Source: Mobula hypostoma
Taxonomy: Eukaryota
DNA: 64,000 nucleotides
Reading direction: 5' to 3'
Assembly: GCF_963921235.1 (NCBI RefSeq)
Contig: NC_086097.1
Location: 14,942,001-15,006,000 of the forward strand
Under the pieces are notes generated by a model, which worked only from the letters and a program-made list of their open reading frames with translations, searched no databases and was not told where the DNA came from. Every line of letters begins with the position of its first letter. The first letter of the stretch is position 1. The translations under genes and the position numbers were made by a program. This document shows positions 1-10,908 of the stretch, piece after piece.

Positions 1-485
1 CATTGAGCACATCTACACGAAGCACTGTCTCAAGAGAGCAGCATCTATCGTCGGGGGCCCCAGCACCCAGGTCATGCTCTCTTCTCTCTGCTGCATCAGA
101 TAGAAGGCACTCATACCACCACCAGGTTCAGGAGCAGTTATTACCCCTCAGCCATCAGGCTCTTGAACCAAAGGGGATAACTTCATTTGCCCCATCACTG
201 AAATGTTCCAACAACCTATGGACTCACTTTCAAGGACTCTTCATCTCATGGTCTTGATATTCATTGCTTATCTATTTTTTTTTGTTATTATTTCTTTCTT
301 TTTGTGTTTGTACAGTTTTTTTGCCTTTTGCACACAAGTTGAGCACCCAGTTGGTGCAGTCTTTCAATGATTTTGTTCTGGTTACTATCCTATTAAGTAT
401 TTATTGAGTATGCCCGCCAGAAAATGAATCTCAGGGTTGTCTATGATGCTATACATACGTACTTTGATAATAAATTTACTTTGAA
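1..485 (+). mobile_element. Rex1/Babar-type LINE, degenerate 3' end
   Basis: Decayed C-terminal motif (HP.H.LF.LL..GRR...T.RF.NS..P.AIRLLN) followed by a 3' UTR ending gataataaatttactttgaa. Confidence 0.7.
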
Positions 486-1919
486 TGTTGAGGAACAAAA
501 TGATGGACACAACAGGTTTTAATCTATGGCCAGTGGATTGGGTACTCTCCCAAAAAAAGCCTGTTGTGTGAACCGAGAACCTGTGTGCAAAATAAGACAC
601 GCAGTCTTCCTTAATGTCAACAAGGGGAGGCCTAACCTCTGCCTTGGCAATGAATGCTAAAATTAGCCAAGTCAAGATTAGGAACACCGCTTGGAGAACA
701 AATGCTGAAATCCTCCCACTCTGCCTACGCCGCAGTGGAAGGAAAGTTACAAGGTGCTGATCTTAACTGCCATTCTGTCAGTTAAGCTAAATGGTGGTTA
801 CTATGGAGACCTACAAGTATTAATTTATCCAGCTGAGAAACAGGATGTTTTCAAGTTCGATATTTGTTTTGAATCAGGGATAAAGGCAAGGGTAAAAATG
901 GAAAGCAAAACAAAACTGAAAGCATTACAATAGGGAAAATTAAACATAGAACAGGACATCACAGGAACAGGCCCCTTGACCCATAATGTTGTGCTGAACC
1001 AGATAAAAAGTAAATCAAAACCCCCCCATAAAACTAATCCCTTCTACCTGCACAATATCCCATCCCTCCGTCTTCCTCACAATCATGTTGCCAATCTAAC
1101 TACCTCCTAAAATCGTTCAATGTATTTGCCTCTACTACCATTCCAGAACTGTAGGCAATACTCCTGATGTGGACTAACTCGAGCTTCAATAAGCTTTCTT
1201 AAAGAGAAAAGAACTAAACAGAGTGGGAAAGAAGGGGCTACACTTTCCCATCCATAAAGAAATAAATATGACCCTGAACACATCATATGAAAGCAAGAGC
1301 TGAAAAAAAAACACAACACAGGAATAAGCCCATAATGCAAAATATGTACTATAACTCAACTCACATTTTGTCACCAACTTACTGATCTCAAGGGGTCTGA
1401 AACCCAAGTTCAGGCTCAGATAGATGGCTAAAGGAACAGGATTAAATTGGGAATAAAACAAATGTTCAAGTTGAAGTTTAACTGTCATTCAACCATACAT
1501 GAATATGCCCAAAGTGCAGAACAGAGTACCAACAGCACACAGCACAGAGTAAAGATAGCAGAAAAACATAGTAAAAAAAAAAGATAATATAGCCGAAGTC
1601 TCTGAGTGGCACGGGCTTTAGATTGATCGTGCATGGGATGTTGTCCTGGTCCAGCTAGTCTTCCAACAAGCTAACAGTGAATGGCAGTCCCCAACCCAAT
1701 ACAGATTCCAGTGCATCCACAGGAAGGAACAGGAACCCATTTCCAAGCTGTATTTGCTAGTATTGCTTCACTCCTTATCATTAGACAAGGAGGTATAATT
1801 GTGTTTTCCTTAAGAGTTATGGTAAATACTTCTGTATTAGCAGTATTGATTGCCCAGTCTCAGCTGCTCTACGGAAGGTGGTGATGAGCCATTTTCTGAA
1901 CAAGTGAAGACCTCTGGTA

Positions 1920-2470
1920 CACTCAGTTGCCACAATTTTAGGTACATCAGCTTGTTAATACAAATATCTAGTCAGCCAGTCATGTGGCAATAACTCAATG
2001 CACAAAAGCTTCAGTTGTTATTCAGACCAAACATCAGAATGCAAAAGAAATGTGATCTAAGTGACTTTGACCGTGGAATGATTGTTGGTGTCAGACAGGG
2101 TGGTTTGAGCATCTCAGAAACTGCTGATCTTTTTTTTTTACAAAATACTTTTATTCCAAATTCAGTGCTACAATATATATAAACCAATGACTAACACAAT
2201 TACTACACAACTACGAGACAAACAACATTAAACTAAAATGTTTCCATCCTTGTCAATGAAAAATAACATTTCAATTGAAGTGCAGAGGGTTTCCTTATAC
2301 CTACACATAATGTAATATGATAGCTTCGTATTCTAAAGCACAGGGATGGATAACTGCTACAGCCAACAGCGTATATAACAGAGGATAGTTTTGATCCAGC
2401 GACCTCTGGGTAATGGGCTCAGCAGGTTTCTCTGCTGATCTCTTGGGATTTTCACGCACAACAGTCTATG
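1920..2470 (+). mobile_element. Tc1-family DNA transposon 5' fragment, interrupted at 2131-2431
   Basis: TA followed by TIR-like cactcagttgccacaattttaggtaca. ATG at 2039 gives MQKKCDLSDFDRGMIVGVRQGGLSISETADL and resumes with (L)GFSRTTV after the insertion, a Tc1 paired-like HTH N-terminus. Confidence 0.85.
2376..2435 (-). pseudogene. Initiator tRNA-Met pseudogene (5'-truncated) forming the head of a retroposed insertion
   Basis: Reverse complement GCAGAGAAACCTGCTGAGCCCATTACCCAGAGGTCGCTGGATCAAAACTATCCTCTGTTA aligns to vertebrate tRNA-iMet (...GCAGCGGAAGCGTGCTGGGCCCATAACCCAGAGGTCGATGGATCGAAACCATCCTCTGCTA). CAT anticodon retained, 5' acceptor strand missing. Confidence 0.85.
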
Positions 2471-2639
2471 GTACTTACTAGTGACCAATTGTCTTGCTGT
2501 GCTCCACTGAACCACCACAAGACCAGTACTGTTACATTTGGTACATATTGGTGATTCCTCTAGACTGCACAGATGTTTGGAACAGAGATACACTCTCCGA
2601 CTTGCTTTGGATGTCCCAAAAGCCTAATCCCTGTAGATC

Positions 2640-2720
2640 GGAGGTTCCTAACCTGGGTCCATGGACCATACCGTTAATGGCAGGAATCCATGGCATAACA
2701 AAAAAGGTTGGGAACCTCTG
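2640..2720. mobile_element. ~80-bp hAT-like MITE (related copies ~17474-17535, ~27780-27850, ~48702-48925)
   Basis: Ends resemble CAGGGGTTCCCAACC...GGTTGGGAACCCCTG terminal inverted repeats. The internal gggtccatggacc...ttaatgg...tccatgg is shared among copies. Confidence 0.6.
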
Positions 2721-3759
2721 CTCTAGATGGTAATGGGAAGAGAACACACAATGAAGCTCCACTCTGGGATCAGTTTTCTTACAGAAGTTGTAAACTCAAG
2801 TAACCTTCTGTAAGAAAACTGATTAATTGGCAACTATAAGACTGTCCATATTGTAGTTGAGTGGAAAAATCTCAGGAGAAGTTGAGGAGGATCTGTGGAC
2901 CAACTGTAGGTTTAGTGTAAGTAGGTAGTCGGTTGATGCTGTTACAGACTCGGTGGGATAAAGGGCCTGTGTCTACGCAGCATCTCTTGTGACTACATAG
3001 GAACGTGCAAACATGCATGACTACAGTGAGTGGTTATTTGATCATGCCTCAGCAGGTAATTTGCCTCCCATCATTACCAAAACCAGGCAGAATTTTTGAC
3101 ATGGAAGCTTTGGTGTCAGAGGCTTAATCCCAAGAGTAAAAAGGTCTGTGAAGGCCGTGCACTTAAAGTAAGGAGGCTCTGAAATTTAACATGCAACGTG
3201 GGAAGGAAAAATATGAATTGTTCATGCAACGAGCACTCAAAAATATTTCCCAGCATGTCTCCAAACTGCAGACTTTAGAGAATTGCATCAGATCTGAAAA
3301 AACCATTAAAAATACAAACTGCGGAAATTATCTACTAGTTTAGCAAATTTACTAATGATTTAATTTTAAACCCATAGGAGACCACGGAAAGTATAAACCA
3401 CCTGGCATTCAGTTAAGGAAGGCTAATTAGCCCGGAAGATTATAGGTAGATTGAGAATCCGTTAAACAGGTCGTATCTGTGCACAGCAGTATGTATTAGA
3501 GGAACAGATCAATTATTGCATGTGTACTTAGCTAATTGTTCCAGATGCTCAAATGAAAAAAAACTCCAGAAACTGATACTTAGATGACTTTCGAAGGATT
3601 TAATCTTGAGTTATGCACTCCGAGGAGTAACTGAAATGTAGATTGAGAATGGGAGCTGGAGGCAGTCTGGCAAGATGAAAGCCTGTGCAGTATCATGGCT
3701 TTCGTGAAACACAGAGACAAAATTCCAAAACCAAACATTTGGTCAAAATATCCTAAACA

Positions 3760-3900
3760 TAAGAGATTCTGCAAGTGCTGGAAATCTTCAGTAAAATGCA
3801 CACAAAATGCTGGAGGAACTCTGCAAGTCAAGAAGCATCTATGGAGGGAAACAAACAGATGATCTTCCGGGCTGAGACCCTTCATCAGGACTGAAAAGGA
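3760..3900 (-). mobile_element. Penelope-like element terminal-repeat fragment with degenerate hammerhead motif (3856-3893)
   Basis: Minus strand CAGTC CTGATGA AGGGTCTCAGCCC GGAAG ATC ATCTG, followed by the family tail ...gagttcctccagcattttgtgtg... Confidence 0.7.
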
Positions 3901-4184
3901 AGTGATATTTGTGTGTATTGCCAAGAATATTAAATTGGAAAGTTCTTGCAATTAAAAGACAATTCCTTGTTATTGTAGCTATCTGATTTCAAGCTGCAAG
4001 ATGCAAAAGTCTTGCCTTAGACCAATTTATAAAATATTCCAGCAATTTTAGGAAGTCTTCACAATGGACTTGGTGCTTTTGTAAGTTGGCTCTGCCAGCA
4101 GTGACCCTGGTGCACTAATCATTTATCTGCTCAAATGATAAGTGATCATAACATAATAGGAATGATCTGGTGGAGCTTTCTGGA

Positions 4185-4630
4185 GATTGTTATCTCGTGG
4201 AATAGACCAGGGGGAACCAGATAATGTGTTGTGCTTGGACTTTCAGAAGGTCTCTGATAAGGTCCTACACAAGAGATCATTAAAGTTAGAGCGCTTGGGA
4301 TTCAACATTCATTAACAAACAGAAAGTGACAGGAATAAACAGGCCATGTTTGAGCTCATACTTCTTTGTGAGAAAAGAGAAGGCCATTTGACACTTTGAG
4401 ACTATCTTGGCCCTCAGAACAATCCTATCATTCCTCTTCCATGGGACACTGTGACTCTTAGAGTGCCACTGTGTTCAGAGCTGGAAAACCGGCTATTCCC
4501 AATCTACACCAATGATCTGGACGAGAGTAGCCAGTGTAATATATTCAGCTCTGCTCTTCAAAAGCCAGGTAGATGTACTCATTGTGAGGAGGATGTATGG
4601 GTGCTTCAAAGGGACACACATCAATTAAAT
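4185..4630 (+). mobile_element. CR1 LINE RT fragment, heavily decayed
   Basis: Remnants of D.G.P.DV..LDFQK..DKV.H.R and LF.IY.NDLDE motifs. Confidence 0.65.
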
Positions 4631-4669
4631 TAAACAAGTAGTGCAGAAAGAGAGGAGAGAAAATAATGA

Positions 4670-4872
4670 CGCAAACAACAGGAATTCTGCAGATGCTGGA
4701 AATTCAAGCAACATACATCAAAGTTGCTGGTGAACGCAGCAGGCCAAGCAGCATCTATAGGAAGAGGCGCAGTCGACGTTTCAGCAGGTCTCGGCCTGAA
4801 ACGTCGACTGCGCCTCTTCCTATAGATGCTGCTTGGCCTGCTGCGTTCACCAGCAACTTTGATGTATGTTGC
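4670..4872. mobile_element. Penelope-derived head-to-head inverted insertion with 14-bp TSD
   Basis: Perfect 77-bp arms at 4708-4784 and 4796-4872. TSD agagaaaataatga at 4656-4669 and 4873-4886. Confidence 0.85.
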
Positions 4873-5431
4873 AGAGAAAATAATGAGGTAGTGTACCTGG
4901 GTTCATTGTCCATTCAGAAATCTGATAGTGGGGGAGAAGAAATTGTTCCTGAAACACTGAATGTGTGTCTTCAGGCTCCTGTAACTCCTCTTTGATGGCA
5001 CCCTGAGAAGAGTCTATGTCCTGGGCGATGGGACTCTTTAATGATGGATGCTGCCATTTTGAGGACCTGCCTTTTGAAGATGCCCTTGATGCTGGGGAAG
5101 GCCTCTGCCCAGGATGGAACTAGCTAAGTTTTCAACTTTATGTAGTTTTTTTTAAAATCCTGTGTAGTGGATCTTGTGCCTCTGTTGCTGAAGTTCTTAG
5201 ATTCTTATCTGAGGTTTAAACAAGACAGCAACTTTATCAGACCTCCTTTTATCAAAAACCTGCAAGCAGGGTCTTTCTGCTATAATTTCCTTGATGTGCA
5301 TCCCTTCATCTGTTATGGGAATGGAAAAGGCTGCAAAGATCAATGAGCTCAGTCCCAAACATCAGTAGCCTATCCCTCCCCACCATCAAAATCATCTACA
5401 CGAGGCATAGTCAAAAGAAGGGAGCATCTAT

Positions 5432-6500
5432 CAGAATCAGGTTTATTATCATTGGCATGTGATGTGAAATTTGTTAACTTTGCAGCAGCAGTTCAATGCA
5501 ATACATAATCTAGAAGAGCAAATAAAAATAATATATAAATCAATTACAGTATACATTCATTGAATAGATTAAAAATGTGCAAAAATCAGAAATGCTGTAT
5601 ATTTTTAAAAAAAAGCAGTGAGGTAGTGTCCAAGGGTTCAATGTCCATTTAGGAATCGGATGGCAGAGGGGAAGAAGCTGTTCCTGAATCACTGAGTGTG
5701 TGCCTTCAGGCTTCTGTACCCCCTACCTATGTTAACAGTGAGAAAAGGGCATGGCCTGGGGGCTGGAGGTCCTTAATAATGGACGCTGCCTTTCTGAGAC
5801 ACCGCTCCTTGAAGATGTCCTGGGTACTTTGTAGGCTAGTACCCAAGATGGAGCTGACTAGATTTACAACCCTCTGCAGCTCCTTTCAGTCCTGTGCAGT
5901 AGCCTCCCGCTGCCGCCCCCCCGCAATACTAGACAGCGATGCAGCCTGTCAGAATGCTCTCCAGGGTACATCTATTTAAGTTTTTGAGTGTATTTGTTGA
6001 CATGCCAAATCTCTTCAAACTCCTAATGAAATATCGCCACTGTCTTGCCTTCTTTATAACTGCATCGATATGTTGGGACCAGGTTAGATCCTCAGAGATC
6101 TTGACACCCAGGAACTTAAAACTGTTCACTCTCCCCACTTCTGATCCCTCTGAGGATTTGTATCTGCTCCTTCGTCTTACCCTTCCTGAAGCCCACAATC
6201 AGCTCTTTCGTCTTACTGACGTTGAGTGCCAGGTTGTTGCTGCGGCACCACTCCACTAGTTGGCATCTCTCACTCCTGTATGCCCTCTCATCACCACCTG
6301 AGATACGATCAACTATGGTTGTATCATCAACAAATGTACAGATGATATTTGAGCTGTGCATAGCCACAGAGTCATGTGTATATAGAGAGTAGAGCACTGT
6401 GCTAAGCACACACCCCTGAGGTGCGCCAGTGTTGGTAGTCAGCGAGGAGGATATGTTATGTTATCACCAATCTGCACAGATTGTGGTCTTCCGGTTAGGA
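5432..6500 (-). mobile_element. Rex1/Babar-type LINE, 5'-truncated
   Basis: ORF fragments LYSLYTHD...FVDDTTIV...VSKTKELIVGFRK and FKFLGVKISEDLTWSQHID...YFIRSLKRFGMS, plus 3' tail gataataaacctgattctga on the minus strand. Confidence 0.85.
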
Positions 6501-6611
6501 AAGATCCCCATTGTCTGGGCCATGGCATCTTCATGCCAGTATCACTGGGCAGGTGGTACATATGTCTGAACTCCCAAATCACCAAGTTCTAGAACAACGA
6601 CCATATTGTGT

Positions 6612-6615
<4 letters not shown>

Positions 6616-6642
<27 letters not shown>

Positions 6643-6657
6643 GCGCGCACACACACA
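6616..6657. repeat. (CA)n microsatellite
   Basis: Direct dinucleotide run. Confidence 0.95.
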
Positions 6658-6660
6658 AAC

Positions 6661-7011
6661 AGCGATTGATAAGTTCGTGGCCTAGGCCTAGGGTAGAAGG
6701 AGTCAATTTTAGAAAACCTAGCACATTTATTTTTCAACATAGTCCCCTCCTACATTTACACACTTAGTCCAGAGGTCATGGAGCATACAGATCTTGGACC
6801 TCCAGAAAGTGTCCACAGCAGGGGTGATTGATAAGTTTGTGGCCTAAGGTAGAAGGAGATGAGTTATACAGCTCTCGTTACGTGCACATGCAGTTCAACT
6901 CTTTGAGTGATTATGCAGAAAGTTTGAGGTTAATAACTCATAGGGGTGATTGATAGCTCGTGGTCTAAGGTAGAAGGAGATGAGTTATTAATCAAATTTT
7001 CTGCGTAATCA
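6661..7011. mobile_element. Mariner-like non-autonomous fragment with three internal direct repeats
   Basis: Unit ggggtgattgataagtt.gtggcctaaggtagaaggag occurs at ~6663, 6821 and 6943. It resembles a mariner-type terminal sequence; family assignment is tentative. Confidence 0.5.
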
Positions 7012-7299
7012 CATATATGTGTGTGTATATATACACACACACACACAGAGCTGGGACATCCAAGACTTTTGCACAATACTGTACTTTCCTTTAACTATTT
7101 ATTTCCTGGCCAACCGGCAAAATCCTCAGTATAGCAACACTATGACCACATTGCACTTTTTTTTGTTCTAATTGTGTTATTTCTTGTACAACTCATGTTT
7201 ACACTTTGTAAAATTTGTGTCTCTAATGCTATGTGCCTGTGATGATGCTACAGGTTATGATTTTCATTGCATATACCTGTGCTTGCACACATGTATATA

Positions 7300-7710
7300 G
7301 AGAGTTTTAAACTTAGTCAGCTCCATCATGGGCACTAGCCTCCGTAGTATCCACAACATCTTCAAGGAGCGGTGCCTCCAAAAGGCGGTGTCCATCACTA
7401 ATGAACCCATCACGCAATACGTGCTCTGTGCTCATTGCTCCCAGCAGGAAAAAGGTTCACTGAAGGCACACACTCAGCGACTCACGAACAGCCTCTTGCT
7501 CTCTGCCATCTGATTTCTGAATGAATATTGAACCCATGAACACTACCTGACTACCTTTTAATTTCTATTTTTGTATGATTTATTTAATGTAACGATTTGA
7601 TATATAATTAAACTAATTCAATTTTTTCCTATTATTGTGTATTGCAATGTACTGCAGCACAAAGACAACAAGTTTCACAACAAATGCCAGTGGTATGAAA
7701 CCTGATTCTG
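7300..7710 (+). mobile_element. Rex1/Babar-type LINE 3' fragment
   Basis: GTSLRSIHNIFKERCLQKAVSI...NSLLLSAI and tail aaacctgattctga. Confidence 0.75.
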
Positions 7711-8329
7711 AGAACCCGAGATGACAATAAAACTGACTTCAGTTTGGCATTGAAATTTACAGAAGGAATTCTGCAGGTCCACTTCTAAACACTACTGCTC
7801 CATCTTGTGGAAACAAGAAGCAAGTGCAATAAACAAAGGAGTTTAAAAGATACATATATGTGGACAAATCTCTACCAGGGTAGAGAGGATAAGCAGCATC
7901 CATGTCCTGCAAATCTGCTGGCAGTAGGCAAGTCATTTACATGTAATGACAGGATGCAAGGAGAAGCAAGTCAAAAATGGGCTCTCAGGCCACATAATAA
8001 CACATGAGTTATCTACCTTGAGTCTTAGAGCTATTTTCCTACATGCTCCCCATAGAATTTGCAGTTTTGTAATGTTTGATCTGTGTCTGAATAGCTACAG
8101 AGTCCAAAGTAAAAGAGCAGTAAATTATTAAAACATTTATTAGATAAAGCATCACCTGTGGGAGGTCCTGGGCTTTCCTTCAGTTTTAAGTCTTGATCCA
8201 TTAACAGATCAACTGTATGTTCAAAAGATTCCTGCCTTCCTCCATCTGTGACAGTGGGGGTGTGGGAACAGGATGAAGGCAAAATGTGTGTCCGGATGAG
8301 TCTTGACTCACACACAGGCCAACATTTCA

Positions 8330-9425
8330 TTTTGCCTCACATGAGGCTGCTTAACAAGATAAAACCCTATGGCATTACAGGAAAAGATACTGGAATGGTT
8401 AGAGAAATGGCTGACAGGCAGGAGGCAGCGACTGGGAATAAAAGGGACCTTTTCTGGTTGGCTGCCAGTGACTAGTGGTGTTCCTCAGGGGACAGTACTG
8501 GGACTGCTACTTTTTAATTGTTTGTTAATGAGTTAGAAAATGTAATTGATGATTTGTGGCAAGTTTGCGAATGATACGAAGATAGGTGGAGGGTAGGTAG
8601 TTCTGAGGAAGCAATGCGATTGCAGCAGGACTTTGACAAATTGGAAGAATGGGTAAAAAAGTGGCAGATGGAATACAGTGTTGGGAAATGTATGAAAATG
8701 CATTTTTGGTAAAAGCAGACTATTATCTAAATGGGGAAAAAATTCAAACATTAGAGGTGCAAAGGGACTTAGGAGTCCTCATGCAAGACTCCCAGAAGGT
8801 AATTTACAGGTTCGTTCTGTGGTAAAGAAGGCAAACAAATCGTTGGCATTTATTTCAAGGGGAATAGAATATAAAAACAAGGAGATAATGCTGAAGCTTT
8901 TCCAGAGAATAGTCAGGCTGTACTTGGAGTATTATCAACCATTTTGAGCCCCTTATATCAGAAAGGATCTTCCAGGAAAGAAGGGGTTAACATATGAGGA
9001 GCATTTTGGCAGCTTTGGGCCTGTACTCACTAGAATTTAGAAGAATGCCTGGGGATCTCACTAAAACCTACCAAATGCTGAAAGGAATAGATAAGGTGGA
9101 TGTGGAGAGGATGATGCATCTGGTGGGGGTATCCAGAACTAGAGGGCACAGACTCAAAGTTGAGGGGCAACATTTTAGAACAGAGGTAAGGAGGAATTTT
9201 GTTAGCCAAAGAGTGGGGAGTGGTGAATCTGTGGAATGCTAAGTCCATGGGCACATTTAAAGTGGAAGTTCATAGATTCCTGATTGGTCAGGGCATCAGG
9301 GGATTATGGTGAAAGGGCAGGTGTATGTGGTTGAATGGGATCTGGGATCAGCCTCGATAAAATGGCGGAGCAGACTTGATAGGCTGAATGGCCTAATTCT
9401 GGTCCTATGTCTTATGGTCTTATGA
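8330..9425 (+). mobile_element. CR1 LINE, 5'-truncated, decayed
   Basis: VTSGVPQG, KFANDTKIGG and LGLYSLEFRR...SRTRGH motifs, plus a CR1-type 3' tail (tcttatgg repeats). Confidence 0.85.
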
Positions 9426-9926
9426 CTTGTGTATGAGTTGAAAAGGGTCTTAGCCCAAAATGACGATTATGTAGTCATTTCCATAGATACAGCCCGACCT
9501 ACGGAGTTCAAGTGTCTTGTGCGCATGCTCCGTTGTCCCAGCATCTGCAGAATCTCTTGTGTTTATGATTTTCAACATTCCTGTGTTTAATTTATTAAAT
9601 ATTTCATGCTCATGTTTCTTTAGTGAACTCCAAAGATTCACAGATCTGAGACAAGGACATTGTTTAATTCCCCATCTTGCAAATGTGTAATCGTTTTATG
9701 TGATAACATTCCTGTACCTTCTAATTTCCACTTTGAAGGGGCAATATCCTCTCAGCATCTGTCTTATCAAAGCCCTTTAGAACTTCATATTCCCTCTCAT
9801 TCTTCTGAAATCCAGTGAGCATTGATACAACACACACACCTCTTGTTCATAAAACTGCTCTCATCCATGAGATGCAGAGTAACTCTTTTCAGAAATGACT
9901 TCAACACAGAAATATTGCTGACTAAA

Positions 9927-10145
9927 CAAGAGATTGGAAAATGCTGGAAATCCAGAGGGAAAAAAAATTGCTGGAGGAACTCAGTAGGTCAGGGAGCACC
10001 TGTGGAGAGGAACAAACAGTCGATGGTTCAGGCCGAGAGACTTCATCACGAGTCCTGATGAAAGGTCTTAGCCCGACATGTCGAATGTTTAATCCTCTCC
10101 ACGGGTGCTGCCTGGCCTGCTGAGGTCCTCCGGCAATTGATGAGA
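9927..10145. mobile_element. Older Penelope-derived head-to-head inverted insertion
   Basis: Imperfect arms ~9966-10048 and ~10055-10138 with two divergent hammerhead-like cores (ttcatca / ctgatga). Degenerate TSD attgctgactaaa (9914-9926) vs attgttgagtaaa (10146-10158). Confidence 0.7.
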
Positions 10146-10908
10146 ATTGTTGAGTAAATAAAGAAACCAAAACTGTATGCAGTATTTCAACAGTGGTCTC
10201 ACTAAAGCTTTCTTGAGTTGTAGTGAGACAAGTTTTATACATTATTTCTGGTGCAATAAAAGCCAACAATTCATATATGTGCCCTATTTTGTATGGGGAC
10301 AACTGGATCCCTTTGTCCAACAGCATTCTATAATCTCTTCAGTTCAGTATTCCTACCAATGTGGTAACCTCTTGTTTTATTCTAAACCCGCCCCCCCCCC
10401 AATTTTAACTTGTATATGTGGTCTAAAGTTCAAAGTAAGCTTATTATCAAAGTACATATGTCACCAAATACAACCGAGATTAATTTTCTTGCAGACGTAC
10501 TCATTAAATCCATAATGGAATAATAACCATAATAGAATCAATGAACAGCTGCGTCAGCTTGGGTGATCAACCAGTGTTCAACAGGCAACAAACTGTGCAA
10601 ATACAAAAAGAAATAATGATAATAATAATAATAATAAATAAAGAGAACTTGAGATGAAGAGTCCTCGAAAGTGAGTCCAATGGAACATTTTAATGATCGG
10701 ACAATGAAGTTGAGGGAAGTTATCCCCACTGGTTCAACAGCCTGATGATTGAGGGGTAATAACTATTCCTGAAACTGGTGGTGTGGGTCCTGAGGCTCCT
10801 GTACCTCCTTCCTGATGGCAGCAGCAAGAAGAGAGCATGGCCAGCTTAGTGGTTTAACCAACTTTTCGCACCCACACACTTTGCCTTTCCAATTGCCTCT
10901 CTCTTACA

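Noticed and set aside
590..650. Possible next SETD3 exon (PPLVDIKEDC vaguely like LPLKDSFTYEDY)
   Set aside because: Similarity is far below that of the two real exons, and I found no fitting splice sites or phase.
2376..2435. Functional tRNA-iMet gene
   Set aside because: It lacks the 5' acceptor strand and part of the A box, has several stem mutations, and lies inside a TSD-flanked insertion.
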